Assembly: GCA_963754915.1 (NCBI GenBank)
Contig: CAVWHZ010000018.1
Coordinates: forward strand, 279,827 to 343,826
Source: an uncultured delta proteobacterium
GTDB taxonomy: Bacteria; Myxococcota; Myxococcia; Myxococcales; Anaeromyxobacteraceae
Reading direction: 5' to 3'
Length of the DNA stretch: 64,000 nucleotides
Under the pieces are notes generated by a model. The model saw only the letters and a list, made by a program, of their open reading frames with translations. It had not been told where the DNA came from and did no database searches. Numbering within the stretch: position 1 is the first letter of the stretch; each line of letters starts with the position of its first letter. The position numbers and the translations under genes were made by a program. Shown here piece by piece: positions 10,342 through 20,955 of this stretch.

Positions 10342-11985
10342 ATGAAACGAATTCACGTAGCCCTAGCGGGCCTTGCGTTGGCAACTGCGGTTCACCCCTC
10401 GGTATCGAAGGGTTCCAGTGAGACTCTCGACGCCATTTCCACGCCCGACCGCGTCGAGAGCCGAATCGGCACACTCGAATACAAGGACGGGGCGCCCAGC
10501 AAGGCCACCGTCGACAAGGTCTATGACAATCTCGACCTGATGCACGGCGTCGAGGCATTCGTGAATGCCTTCCAGGGCGCCTCGACGGCCGCGATCGAGA
10601 AGGGTTTCAACGATGCCGGCATCCCGGATAACACGGTCCTCATCTTCTCGGAGCTGATGGACTCGAAGTCCTTGTTCCTGACAGCCAATGCGGACACGGT
10701 GTATTTCTGGTCCATCATCGATGTGAGCAAGGGTCCGATGGTTCTCGAAACGCCACCTCTGTCACTAGGCGTCATCGACGACATGTGGTGGCGCTGGGTT
10801 ACCGACTTCGGCCTCCCAGGCCCCGACCGGGGCGCTGGCGGGAGATACCTGCTTTTGCCGCCAGGCTACAAGGGCGACTTGCCGGACGGCGGCTTCACCG
10901 TGCTGAAGGTGCGTACGACCAGGGTCAACATGCTTGGCCGCGCCTTCCTCGAGAAGGACGATCCCAAACCTCCGGTGGAGCTCATCAAGAAGACGCTCAA
11001 GATTTACCCGTATCAGCCGGGCGGAGCCGGTGCCAGCATCGCCACGGCGCTGGACGGAAAGGTCCCGTTGCTGCGTGCCCCCAACGGGCAGCTGGACTGG
11101 GGCTTTTTGAGACCACAGGCGCCCGCGAAATTTGTCGAAGGCAGCGGCAGGGTGATGAACACGATCCCGCCCAACGACTTCAGCTACTTCACGATGATCA
11201 ACGACCTGGTCCAGCGGGAGCCGGCCGAGTCGCTCGACCCGGAGATCATGGGTTCGCTCGCGGCCATCGGCATCGTAAAGGGCCAGCGGTTCGATCCAGA
11301 CGCTCGGATGCGGAAGATTCTGACCGATGCCGCCGCGATTGGTACCGCCACGGGAAGAACCCTGAACTGGCGCGCGCGGGAGGCCGAAGGCTTCCAGTAC
11401 TACCCCGGCTCCGCCTGGATGAACTACCTGTTCGTGGGTGGCTACAACTTCGAAACCCCGCCGCCACAGGTCAGTCCCAGCGGGGTGATCACGCCCTATC
11501 CAGCCACCGGCTACCGGACGCTGAATGCGCGAACGGGAATGTTCTTCTACGCCACCGGCATCACTCCAGCGATGTGCATGCGCCTCACGGAGATTGGGTC
11601 GCAATACCTCGGCGCTTTCGTGGATTCCAAGGGCGAGTACTTCGATGGCAGCAAGACGTACAAGCTCACGCTTCCACCGAACATTCCCGCCGCCAAGTTC
11701 TGGTCGCTGACCCTCTATGACAACCAGACGCGGTCGATGCTGGCGACGCCGCAGCACTACCCCAGGGCGGGAAGTCAGAAGTTTCCGACCTCCGCCGCGG
11801 TGGCCAACGCTGACGGGTCCACGACCGTGTACTTTGCTCCGACCAAGCCTGCTGCCGTGACGGACGGCAACTGGATTCAGACGGTTCCTGGCAAGGGCTG
11901 GAATGTGATTCTGCGGCTTTACAGCCCGCTCGAGCCGTTCTTCACGAAACAGTGGCGGCCGGGCGAGATCGAACCAGCGAAGTGA
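10342..11985 (+). CDS. DUF1254/DUF1214-type secreted protein, intact, 547 aa
   Basis: RBS GGAAGGGGAA; signal peptide MKRIHVALAGLALATAVHPSVS; conserved blocks LIFSELMDSKSLFLTANADT, WSLTLYDNQTRSML, RLYSPLEPFFTKQWRPGE. Confidence 0.75.
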   Translation: MKRIHVALAGLALATAVHPSVSKGSSETLDAISTPDRVESRIGTLEYKDGAPSKATVDKVYDNLDLMHGVEAFVNAFQGASTAAIEKGFNDAGIPDNTVLIFSELMDSKSLFLTANADTVYFWSIIDVSKGPMVLETPPLSLGVIDDMWWRWVTDFGLPGPDRGAGGRYLLLPPGYKGDLPDGGFTVLKVRTTRVNMLGRAFLEKDDPKPPVELIKKTLKIYPYQPGGAGASIATALDGKVPLLRAPNGQLDWGFLRPQAPAKFVEGSGRVMNTIPPNDFSYFTMINDLVQREPAESLDPEIMGSLAAIGIVKGQRFDPDARMRKILTDAAAIGTATGRTLNWRAREAEGFQYYPGSAWMNYLFVGGYNFETPPPQVSPSGVITPYPATGYRTLNARTGMFFYATGITPAMCMRLTEIGSQYLGAFVDSKGEYFDGSKTYKLTLPPNIPAAKFWSLTLYDNQTRSMLATPQHYPRAGSQKFPTSAAVANADGSTTVYFAPTKPAAVTDGNWIQTVPGKGWNVILRLYSPLEPFFTKQWRPGEIEPAK

Positions 11986-11996
11986 TGGGACCCAAC

Positions 11997-12080
11997 CTCA
12001 GGAGCCTACTCATGATGTCCAAGGAGGCGCGCACCAACGTTCGGCTCGACTTCCGCGGGGGCGGCGATTCGTTCGTGCCT
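11997..12080 (+). pseudogene. Orphan C-terminal fragment of a third Omp85-like barrel paralog
   Basis: Translation LMMSKEARTNVRLDFRGGGDSFV matches the C-termini IMLTKESRTNLRVDFAAGVNSFAVY (8749 gene) and LMNRESRTNIRVDFAWGVDSFGVY (33318 gene). Confidence 0.5.
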
Positions 12081-12167
12081 ATCCCGGATCCGGGGAGGCG
12101 TTTCTCAGCGCGACCAACGGAATTTTTCCCGCATCGAAACCTAGGCGGCCCCGAGTTGTCCTAAGGG

Positions 12168-12725
12168 ATGCTGGGTTGGGATCTCACTATGTCTAGCGAT
12201 GGCGCGACTAAGGGCACTGTCAGGCAGCGGGTCAGGCACGAGATGAAGGAAATGTTGTTGATCGCGGCCTACCTTGCCGCCTTCTTCGTCTCGCTCACGA
12301 CATACCGGAAGCTTGTCCTCGCCGAGTATCACATTGGATACTTCGAGTACGGGTGGGCCCTAATGGAGGCGATCATCCTTGCTAAAGTCATCCTGATTGG
12401 CGAACTCTTGCACCTCGGCGATCTCTTTCACGATCGCCCCCTCATCGTCTCCACCCTGTGGAAGTCGCTGGCCTTTGGCATGCTCGTTGCGGCATTTGTA
12501 GTCGTCGAACACACGGTGAGTGCCCTCCTCCACCACAGGTCCATCGCAGGCGAGTTCAACTTCAAGGGCGATCGGGGGTACGAGTTGCTTGCCCGCATCC
12601 AGCTCATGCTCGTGGTCTTCATTCCCTTCTTCGCATTCCGAGAGGTCTCAAGCCAGCTCGCCGGAGGCAAGCTTTTTGAGGTCTTTTTTCGCCGCCGCGT
12701 GCCAGCGGCACGAGGGGAGAGCTGA
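12168..12725 (+). CDS. Hypothetical integral membrane protein (3-4 TM helices)
   Basis: Hydrophobic segments LLIAAYLAAFFVSL, AIILAKVILIGELL, LAFGMLVAAFVVV, LMLVVFIPFFAF. Confidence 0.4.
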   Translation: MLGWDLTMSSDGATKGTVRQRVRHEMKEMLLIAAYLAAFFVSLTTYRKLVLAEYHIGYFEYGWALMEAIILAKVILIGELLHLGDLFHDRPLIVSTLWKSLAFGMLVAAFVVVEHTVSALLHHRSIAGEFNFKGDRGYELLARIQLMLVVFIPFFAFREVSSQLAGGKLFEVFFRRRVPAARGES

Positions 12726-13298
12726 AGTGTCCTGACGATGGCCCAGATATCTCGGCGGCTCTCGTTGTTGCCGCGTTGCTCCGGACCCCGCCCCGACCGG
12801 CAATCAGCGGTGTCTAGCTGTCGTAGAGCGCCTCGACCAAACTCGGCGTCGCTCAGCTACCTCCGTGAGTGGGCACGTGGGTCGACAGGCGATTCCCGCA
12901 TCCTGTCGGACGTAACTCGCTGGAGTGCTACCCGGAGGTCGCGACGAGTCCGCACGTCATTGCCAGCAAAAGGACCGTGCATGAATTCGTGGGGAGAAAG
13001 TTGAAAGGGAACGTCAGCGCCCATCGATCGTGGTGATTGCGAGGTCACACGAAACGCGATCGGTCGTTTAGCTGGGCCCTGCCTCCTCCGCCGCTTCGCT
13101 AGGCGCGACCCTTGTGGCCCCGTGTCCAGGCTGACCGCCCGGGTTGCGGCCAGCCGGTTCCTTCTCTTGGGGCGCTCGACGCTCGGTGGGTCTCCTAACG
13201 GAAACTCACTCGCTGCCTTTCATGAGCTCACCCATGGCTGTAGATCAAATCACTCAGCCCAGCGCAAGGTCTCTGAGCGACCCGGCTGGGACGGAGCA

Positions 13299-14339
13299 CT
13301 AGCCCTGCCGGATGATGACCTTGAGGGCCTTCTCCTTCGCTGCGTTGCCGAACGTGTCGTAGGCTTTCATCATATCGTCCAGCTTGAACTCATGGGTGAT
13401 GAGCTGCCGCGGACGCAGCCGCCCGGACACCACGGTCTTGAGGAGCATCGGCGTGGTCACCGTGTCGACAAGCCGAGTCGTGATCGTGATGTTGGAAGCC
13501 CAGAGCTTCTCGAGTTTCAAGGAAACGCTCTTCCCGTGGACTCCCACGTTGGCGATGTGACCGCCAGCGGTCACGATATCCTGACATGTATCGAAAGTAG
13601 CAGGGATGCCGACGGCCTCGATGGCGACGTCGACGCCCTTCCCCTGCGTCAGGCCCATGACCTTATCGACCGCCTTGCCGTCGCTGCTGTTCACCGCTTG
13701 GGTTGCACCGAACCGCTTCGCCACCTCGAGACGGTTGTTGTCGAGATCGATCATGATGAGCTCGGCAGGGGAGTAGAACTGTGCCGTGAGCAGGGCTGCG
13801 AGGCCCACCGGGCCGGCGCCAATGATGGCAACCGTGTCGCCGGGCTTCACCGCGCCATTCAAGACACCGCACTCGAACCCAGTCGGAAGGATGTCGCTCA
13901 GCATGACCAGCGCGTCCTCGTCCACGCCCTTGGGCACTTGGTAGAGGCTGGTGTCGGCGTGCGGTGTCCGGACGTACTCGGCCTGAGTTCCATCGATGGT
14001 GTTGCCGAGGATCCAGCCGCCGTTGGCGCAGTGAGAATACATCCCCTTCTTGCATGCCTCGCACTTCCCGTCGGACGTAATACAGGAGATGAGCACTCGG
14101 TCGCCCTTCTTGAAGGTCGAGACAGCCGAGCCGACCTCGTCGATGACGCCGACGCCCTCGTGCCCGAGGATGCGGCCATCCGTCACGGTGGGCACGTCTC
14201 CCTTCATGATGTGCAGGTCGGTTCCGCAAATGGTGGTTCTCTCGACCTTGACGACGGCATCTGTGGCCTCCTTGATGACCGGCTTCGGCTTGTCTTCCCA
14301 GGATCGCTTCCCAGGTCCGTGATGGACGAGCGCCTTCAT
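13299..14339 (-). CDS. Zinc-dependent alcohol dehydrogenase (MDR superfamily)
   Basis: GHEGVGVIDEVG, catalytic/structural Zn Cys cluster CITSDGKCEACKKGMYSHC, Rossmann motif GAGPVGLAA; RBS GGAGATGG before ATG 14339. Confidence 0.85.
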   Translation of the reverse strand: MKALVHHGPGKRSWEDKPKPVIKEATDAVVKVERTTICGTDLHIMKGDVPTVTDGRILGHEGVGVIDEVGSAVSTFKKGDRVLISCITSDGKCEACKKGMYSHCANGGWILGNTIDGTQAEYVRTPHADTSLYQVPKGVDEDALVMLSDILPTGFECGVLNGAVKPGDTVAIIGAGPVGLAALLTAQFYSPAELIMIDLDNNRLEVAKRFGATQAVNSSDGKAVDKVMGLTQGKGVDVAIEAVGIPATFDTCQDIVTAGGHIANVGVHGKSVSLKLEKLWASNITITTRLVDTVTTPMLLKTVVSGRLRPRQLITHEFKLDDMMKAYDTFGNAAKEKALKVIIRQG

Positions 14340-15269
14340 ATTTTGGTCCCATCTCCGTCGTTGGACATCTCGCGCTCCGAGGAGGTGCGTGACGGCGGAC
14401 CACGCCATCTCCCGCGTTGCTGAGGGACGCCGGGGGACGAAGCCCTAGCGTGCCGCAAGTGCCGTCCACATTTCGCACCTGCGATAGGGAAAAAGGCAAG
14501 CGCCCCGATCGGGAGCGACGCGCCCCAGCGGCAGATTCCCTCGAGCTCGCGCTCCCACGCATACCGGAACGCGTGGGTTAGGAGCCCAAGGGGAGGGGGA
14601 ATGCTGTCCTCCTTCAGGGCGACAAAGAACTGCGTCAAAGCAGCGTGGTCCAAAGGCGAAGGCGCTTGGCTTAGACGCTGATGTTACTTCCCTCACGCAC
14701 CGCAGCTCGTGCAACCTGCTCCACCTCAGGTAGCTGCGGATCCGAGAGACGGGGATGAGGAGGCCATCCCCAGCCACGTCGTTGGCGGCCATCGCGAGCC
14801 TTCCCGGTGGCCTGGCTCGCGGAACTCGGGTGCGACGTGCGGGCGCTCAGCGTTGCCGTTGTTTGGCATCGCGCTGATGAGGTCGGACGCCTGCGGCTTG
14901 CTCAGGAACTCGGCCTGGACGCTTTGCTGGGCCTTCACCTGATTGTGGAACTCCACGTTGTCGAGCCCCATGTCGTCGTCGATGGTGCCTCCGTATGCCT
15001 GCCGGCCTGGATGGCAGGAAGGGACCCTCCGCTGCTCGCTTATGCGGAGATGGCTGATTGGCGTTCGCCCCGTACAATCCGTCCCTTGTCCGGGGGCGGC
15101 AGGGCTGGGACGGGGCCGTCCGGCGGTGTCAATGTCGGATCCCGAAAACGAAGCCTTTGGCAATTGGCAGCACGAACAAGAAGGCTCAAAACCGGCCGAG
15201 TACCTATGACCCGAACTTGATCAGTCCGATGGACGGAGTGCTGCCGAGGCAAAGCAAAGCAACAGTGCC

Positions 15270-15773
15270 TCACCGCGGCGAAGAGGACGTCTTCCGAGCA
15301 ACGGCGGCCGCGAATCGATCGTGGAACGTGCCTTCCGTAAGTGTTGTTACCGCACCGGTGGCGAGCTTCCGCTTAGTCACCACGGTGACTGCGCAGCCTC
15401 CTCGCTTCGCCCGGTCGAACCACGCCCCCATGAGCGTTCCATAGGTAAAGGCTCCCATGCTGCTGCTCGTTAGCATATAGCCCTCCGAGCGGTGTTCCTC
15501 GATCGCCTCGGCTCCTTCCTGCCGGAAGATGTTGCGTCCAATGTCGAAGGCGACGTCGCACGAGACTGGGTACACGCGCATGGTCCCCTCGTCCTTGGCC
15601 TTCACCACGTCGCTCATGGTCTGGCAGCCCGCGGCCGGTATGGCCAGGCCCGCAACGACCGCGAATGCCAAGCTTCGGTGGCGCTGGCTCGGGGATCGTA
15701 TCGGCTCAATTGGAGTGCTCTCGGGGGCTCCGAAAGTGCGTCCGCCAACGCGCGCCTTGAGTGCTTGAAGCAT
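15270..15773 (-). CDS. Hypothetical lipoprotein
   Basis: Signal/lipobox LAFAVVAGLAIPAAGCQ; 167 aa. Confidence 0.4.
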   Translation of the reverse strand: MLQALKARVGGRTFGAPESTPIEPIRSPSQRHRSLAFAVVAGLAIPAAGCQTMSDVVKAKDEGTMRVYPVSCDVAFDIGRNIFRQEGAEAIEEHRSEGYMLTSSSMGAFTYGTLMGAWFDRAKRGGCAVTVVTKRKLATGAVTTLTEGTFHDRFAAAVARKTSSSPR

Positions 15774-16046
15774 GCTCTTCGTCTTACTGCCTGGCCCTAA
15801 CCTTGGCATCGCTTCGGCACGTCGCGCGGGCCGGAATGGAAAGTGGGCGACCTGGCCGGAATCCTGACCCACCCCCGCTCCACGACCCAGGAGGAATCGA
15901 GGGGACTGCCGGGGGCCGGCAGGCCGGAGGTCAGGACGTCGGAAGTGGCGTGCAACCAAGCCATTCTGGAGAATGTGGAACGCCTTCACATGGTTGCGTT
16001 GCACGGTCACGCGCGGCGCACGTTGACTAACCAGGCCGTCGCCCTA

Positions 16047-16635
16047 TCATCGGACCGATTCTGCTTCGCTGAGGAGGCCTTCCAGTGCGTTGGACTCCGC
16101 GGCGCTCCAGTTGCGCGCACCGAAGGCCGAGAACCGAGCCCGGCCCTCGGCGTCCACCACGAAGGTCATGGGGATCCCACCGACTCCCCACGCCCGAGCC
16201 GTCCGGAGATGTGGATTTAGCAGCACAGGAAGGTCGACCCCGATACCCGTCAGGAAGTCTCCGCTTGCGCACGTCGGCCGGATCGACTGGCACCCAGCCA
16301 TGGCTCGCCACGTAGAATTCCGCCCGGCAGTGCTCCGCCTCGGTGACGTTGCCGCCGCCTTTCCCGAGGCTGGCGTAGCCGAGGGCCGAAGCGGCAACCC
16401 GGACGCTATACACACGGGATGGGATGCCCTCGGCGCGGCAGAGCGCCACGAAGAGCGCGTTCAAGTCGGCCCACTTCCCACAAGCACCTTGTGCTCCAGC
16501 ATGAACTTGCCGTCGCCGACGCCGCACCCTCGCGTCTTGGGCTCGCGGTAGCCGTATTCCCGCTCGATAACGGACCCTGGCCCAAGCCCGAGCCGGCGGC
16601 GCTCGAGACCCATCAGAGGAGCATTGGATCGTCAC
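16047..16635 (-). pseudogene. Gene remnants: a transglutaminase-like core fragment followed in another frame by a thioredoxin-like (TlpA/ResA) C-terminal fragment
   Basis: Frame a: ACGKWADLNALFVALCRAEGIPSRVYSV...EHCRAEFYVASHGWVPVDPADV (Cys...His...Asp arrangement of transglutaminase-like proteases). Frame b, about 10 nt later: DLPVLLNPHLRTARAWGVGGIPMTFVVDAEGRARF (redoxin C-terminal half). No intact N-terminus for either. Confidence 0.35.
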
Positions 16636-16753
16636 GGAGGCCGAAAAGTGCGTCAGCTACCGTATTCCAGCCTTTCGCCCTCACGGTTGGTGGTCGCGCG
16701 TTTCTGCGCGACGGCGAAAGGATGCGGCCAAGGGCTTGGAGGCAAGGGAAACA

Positions 16754-18013
16754 CTATTTCTCCTGCGCCTTGCAATGGAGATCTGCAATCTCGACACGGC
16801 GATTCTTCGCTCTTCCTACATCGGTCTTGTTGTCGGCCACGGGCCTGGTCTTTCCATAGCCCTTGGCCGAGAGGCGCGCAGCGGCAATGCCATGCTGCTG
16901 GAGCCACGTGACCACCGCGTGTGCGCGTGCCTCCGACAGCGTCTGGTTATAGGCATCGTTACCCACGTTGTCGGTGTGGCCCTGGATCTCTAGCTGCAGT
17001 GTAGTGTTCTTGGTGAGTAGAGAGAGAATCTGCTGCAACACCGGATCGGAGGCTGTCTGCAAAATGGACTTATTGAAATCGAAGAGAACCCCGTAGAGCG
17101 CCACATGGCACTCCTTCTTGAGGTCGGCTCCCAGGTCCTTCGTCGCGGCCCCGGCGTCGGCCACGCGGATGTCGTAGGTGTCATTCTTGTGCAGGCTGGC
17201 CCATAGGTTGCGCCCATTCTGCGTGAAGTGCGCGGAGATGAGCACATCGGCGCCTTCGCGTTCATCCACGATCGTCCAACCGGCTTTTGCTAGCGCATCG
17301 TGATACGCGGCACGAAAGAGGCTGTTTGACAGGCCACCGGCAGGTGGATAGTAGGCCTTGATAATAGAAGTCTGGGCCACCAGTTCGGGTTCGTTGGCAC
17401 CCTTGATGGCTACATAGAAAGGCGAGGCGTCCGCGGTGCTGCTTCTGAATCTCGAATCGGGCAGCGGCCCCAGCCAGGGAAAATCGTCCGCGGTCGTGTT
17501 GACTGCTTCTGGAGTCTTGGCAGGCGGCTTGAGGGTGAACGTGAAGGGCATAGGAGCGACCTCGACAATTTCCACACTCGCTCTCTCGGCATCACCCGGT
17601 TCGGTGGTGGCCCAGGCCTCGACGCCGTTCTTCTCGTAGTGCATCAACAAGAGCAGACCTCCCGCGGACCATTCGTGTACCGTGGTCCAATCGTGGGAAA
17701 GGAACGCAGGCTTGATGATGGCCCAGATAGCAGGTTGAGTTATGGCGCCGGGAACAATGACAGGGAACTGCCAATGCTTGCCCCTGACCAGCTTGCCAAC
17801 GTCATTGTGAGGGAGAAGCACCTGGGCCCAGGGTTCGTAGGTAATGCGGTAGGGCTTCCCGATCTTGTGGAGGAAAGACACTTCGGCAGGCACTGCGGGC
17901 TCCTGCGCCAGGCAGGAAAGCGCAATAGCTGTAACCAGGAAGCCCGGCAACAGGCGGCGGAGCCAGACCTGGCGCAAGGTCGAAGACGTACGAGGTGCCA
18001 TGCGTTCATTCAT
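16754..18013 (-). CDS. OmpA-family protein (signal peptide, N-terminal domain, C-terminal OmpA/MotB peptidoglycan-binding domain)
   Basis: C-terminus ...YGVLFDFNKSILQ...LEIQGHTDNVGNDAYNQTLSEARAHAVVTWLQQHGIAAARLSAKGYGKTRPVADNKTDVGRAKNRRVEI. Confidence 0.8.
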   Translation of the reverse strand: MNERMAPRTSSTLRQVWLRRLLPGFLVTAIALSCLAQEPAVPAEVSFLHKIGKPYRITYEPWAQVLLPHNDVGKLVRGKHWQFPVIVPGAITQPAIWAIIKPAFLSHDWTTVHEWSAGGLLLLMHYEKNGVEAWATTEPGDAERASVEIVEVAPMPFTFTLKPPAKTPEAVNTTADDFPWLGPLPDSRFRSSTADASPFYVAIKGANEPELVAQTSIIKAYYPPAGGLSNSLFRAAYHDALAKAGWTIVDEREGADVLISAHFTQNGRNLWASLHKNDTYDIRVADAGAATKDLGADLKKECHVALYGVLFDFNKSILQTASDPVLQQILSLLTKNTTLQLEIQGHTDNVGNDAYNQTLSEARAHAVVTWLQQHGIAAARLSAKGYGKTRPVADNKTDVGRAKNRRVEIADLHCKAQEK

Positions 18014-18641
18014 GCCGCTCGTACACTAGCACGGCGACGTCTAGGTTCGTGTGGTTACCGAAGACTCGATCTGCAGAACCCCCATGATCTGTGAGGGCCT
18101 GGCCGGTACGTTCCAAGTCCTATTGTGGTCTATCCTTGGAGCGTGAGGAGCTCGCCACCGAGAACTTGGCGCTTCGTCAATAGGTCGCAGTGCCATCGGG
18201 AGGGGTTTCGGCGCTTTGGGTCCCGCAGGAGTCCAAATCCCGAAGCACCCGCTCGACGTTCACCGCCACAAATCCGCGATCTTCGCCCGAGGAAACTTGC
18301 AGAGCTTGAACGTGGCCAACTCGGGGTACCGAATCGATGGGAGGGACGTAGCGCCGCCTGCGCGGCGTGGCCGCGAAGAGCCACAGGATGCACACGCCGT
18401 CCGTCGTCGTCGCGCCCTGCGCGGACCTCGTCCTTGGGTACGGCGGAGCGTTGATTGTCGGTGATGGAAACGGCGGAAAAGGCCGGCGACGAGGGCGCCA
18501 GACGCTGCCAAGTCCGCCGACTGCTTTCCTGTGCGCCCTCCTGGAGCGCGTCCCGCGAGCGGGGCTCGCGGTCGGCCAAGGCGAGCTCGAACTCGGTCAT
18601 GAATCGGCCTTCGTTCGTGGACACTAAACACCTTCACTTGG

Positions 18642-19791
18642 GTTGACGATCATTGAAACCTCGCCACATGCGCCGCGATGAGCCCGGGCCGCCGCTGGAA
18701 AGTCCTGAAGGTATGCACCAGGGCTCCGTCGCGTTCGTCCGTGGTCAGGTAGAAGCGATTGTGGGTTGCCAGCTTTCGAGTGGCCTTCCAGACGCCCTCG
18801 GTCGGATTCAGCTCCGGCGAGTAGGCAGGCAGCCGATGCAGTTCGATCTTGTCGGGATTCTGCCGCAGCCATTCCTTCCCGACCTCGTCGAGCCAGTGAC
18901 ACGGGCCATTGTCGATGATGAGGAAGACCTTCCGCGGGCCGTATTTCGCGACGAGTTGCTTGAGGAACTCGTGGAAGGTCTCGCCATTGAACACCTCGGC
19001 GAAGCGGTAGGTGAAGTCGGCTTCGTCGAGGGTGACCGCTCCGAAGACGTGGGCGGTTTTGCGCAAGCCGTAGGTGTCCACCCGGGGTTGGACCCCGACT
19101 CGCGACCAGGTCTGGTGGAGCGTGCCGTCGAGCCAGAAGCTCGCGTCGTCTTCGAACATCACGATGCCGCGGCAGGCTCTCGCTTTTTTTTGATCGCGGG
19201 AAGTCTCTCGCGCAGCCAGATGGCCTGGGCCTCCGCGTCCGCGCGAGCAAGACGCTTGCGGGGACGCTGCACGGAAAAACCCATCCAGTGCAGCAACCGA
19301 GGGATGTGATGGTTGTGGTAGCGGACTCCATACCGACGTCGGATCAGATCGCCGATCATCGGACCGGTCCACATGCCGCTCGTGAATCCAGCTGCCTGCG
19401 GTCCTGCCTCGATGATGGTGGCGAGCTCCGTCTTCTGCGCCTCGCTCAGCCGCGGCGTCGGCCCGGGCCGCTCTCCATCCCGCAGTCCCTCGGCGCCCAA
19501 CGCCTGGTACCACTGAAGCCAGCGATTGATGGAGCCCCGAGTCACTCCCAGCGTCCCGCTCAGGGCGATGACCTTCTCCCCGTCGAGGTAGCTGAGAACG
19601 GCCTTCGCCCGCCGCCAGGTCGCCAAGTCCTTGGCCGAATTGGCTTCCTGCAGAAGCGCGTGGAGCTGCCCAACCTCTTCCGGCGTCCTTCGGTCCGGCC
19701 GAATGGCTTGACCGTTCTTCGAGCGAGCCACGATCACCCCCTGAAACGGAGAGATCGCGGCACTTTGATTCTCGCTCGATCATCAGTCAAC
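18642..19791 (-). mobile_element. IS630-family insertion sequence (~1150 bp) with imperfect terminal inverted repeats GTTGACGATCATTGA / GTTGACTGATGATCGA
   Basis: Contains the two-frame transposase below; inverted repeats at 18642-18656 and 19777-19791. Confidence 0.7.
18650..19737 (-). CDS. IS630-family transposase made from two frames: orfA 19737-19159 (HTH domain) and orfB ~19200-18650 (DDE_3 catalytic domain). The frames are joined at an A8G slippery run, consistent with programmed frameshifting.
   Basis: orfA ends ...LPAIKKKREPAAAS across the aaaaaaaag run (19188-19196). orfB continues ...KKARACRGIVMFEDDASFWLDG...LPAYSPELNPTEGVW (DDE motif region). Confidence 0.7.
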
Positions 19792-19969
19792 TCTTTGGAT
19801 CGAATCCCGGGAGATCCTGTTTAGGTCAACCAAGACGACGCTGGAGGAACAGATGAAGAAGCCGCTCGTGGCGTTGTTCTAGGGGACACCCTCAGCTGGG
19901 CCCGCGTGCGCTGGAGAATCGGAATAGGAGCGTAGGGGGTCGTGGTATGCACCATGGGTCAGTGGATGC

Positions 19970-20404
19970 TCACGGGCCGCCCGCGAGCACGGCGCGAAAC
20001 CGCGGCGGCAGCGACACGACCCGCCGCGCGGCGAGATCGTAGAAGACCAACCCCGTTTTCACGCGCGCGATCTCGCCCCCGGTCGCATCATTCGTGACCC
20101 GGTAGAGGAGGTCGAAGCTACGCGACCGGATATCGGCGGCCGCGATCTCGACTCGAAGAGTCATGCCGTACGTGCCCTCGGCAAGGTATACGATGGCCGC
20201 GTCTACCATCATCATCCCGACGCCGTCCACCGTGAGCTCCGTCGCCCACCCGTGTGCGCGGAGGAAGCGCATTCGCGCCTCCTGGGCTATGGAGAGCACA
20301 GCATCGTTTCCGAGGTGGCCGCCGTAGTTCACGTCTCCAATGCGAATGGAGATCTCGGTGCCGAAGAGGTACTGATCGGGAAGGGCGATCTCGACTCGTG
20401 CCAT
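19970..20404 (-). CDS. Hotdog-fold acyl-CoA thioesterase (4HBT/YbgC-like)
   Basis: MARVEIALPDQYLFGTEISIRIGDVNYGGHLGNDAVLSIAQEARMRFL...; ~144 aa. Confidence 0.65.
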   Translation of the reverse strand: MARVEIALPDQYLFGTEISIRIGDVNYGGHLGNDAVLSIAQEARMRFLRAHGWATELTVDGVGMMMVDAAIVYLAEGTYGMTLRVEIAAADIRSRSFDLLYRVTNDATGGEIARVKTGLVFYDLAARRVVSLPPRFRAVLAGGP

Positions 20405-20955
20405 TCTCCACCAATAATTGGGAAGGGGCGCCGTCGGCAAGCTTCTGGCGCTTGCTGACAGACCTTCAGGTGTTGCTTTCGCGGCGTGAGCAACGCGAGA
20501 GCCACATGAAGAGACTAAGCCGGTCCGGAGGCGGCGAGACGATGCGAGAGGCGGGTGGACGGACGAGAGATGGTGAGTATCTGCTTCAATGGATTCGAGC
20601 AATGGTCCAGCGCATTCCGCTCAGCCAGCCGCGCCTGGGGGTCCAAGTCCCCGACCGGAGGTGCCCCATGGGTCCGGGGATTGGCATCGCGGGCGCGCGG
20701 AGGCAATCCCCACTCTCGGCGGCGTTCCCGGGGGTGCCTAAACGAGAGCTCCCTACGTCGTTGCCAGAGCATGAGAAGCGCACACTACAGGGCAGTGGCT
20801 CCCGCGGACCGCGGCGCTCTGAACCGGCGCAGCAATGCTCCTACGCCTCGATCTTCGACTTCCTCAGCCTCACGCAAGAGGTAGCGCCCACTCCGAAAGC
20901 GCTCAATACATCATCCCGCCCACGGTCCGTAGGTGTTGCCGCCGCGCATAGCCTA

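Noticed and set aside
10765-11757. 330-aa - ORF
   Set aside because: Antisense to the intact DUF1254/DUF1214 gene.
13122-14423. 433-aa ORF on the + strand
   Set aside because: Antisense to the well-supported Zn alcohol dehydrogenase; typical high-GC shadow ORF.
20254-20955. N-terminal two-thirds of the 432-aa ORF 20254-21552
   Set aside because: Overlaps the thioesterase gene's promoter and start on the opposite strand and is Arg/Gly-rich; only the C-terminal part from ATG 20956 is retained, as low-confidence.
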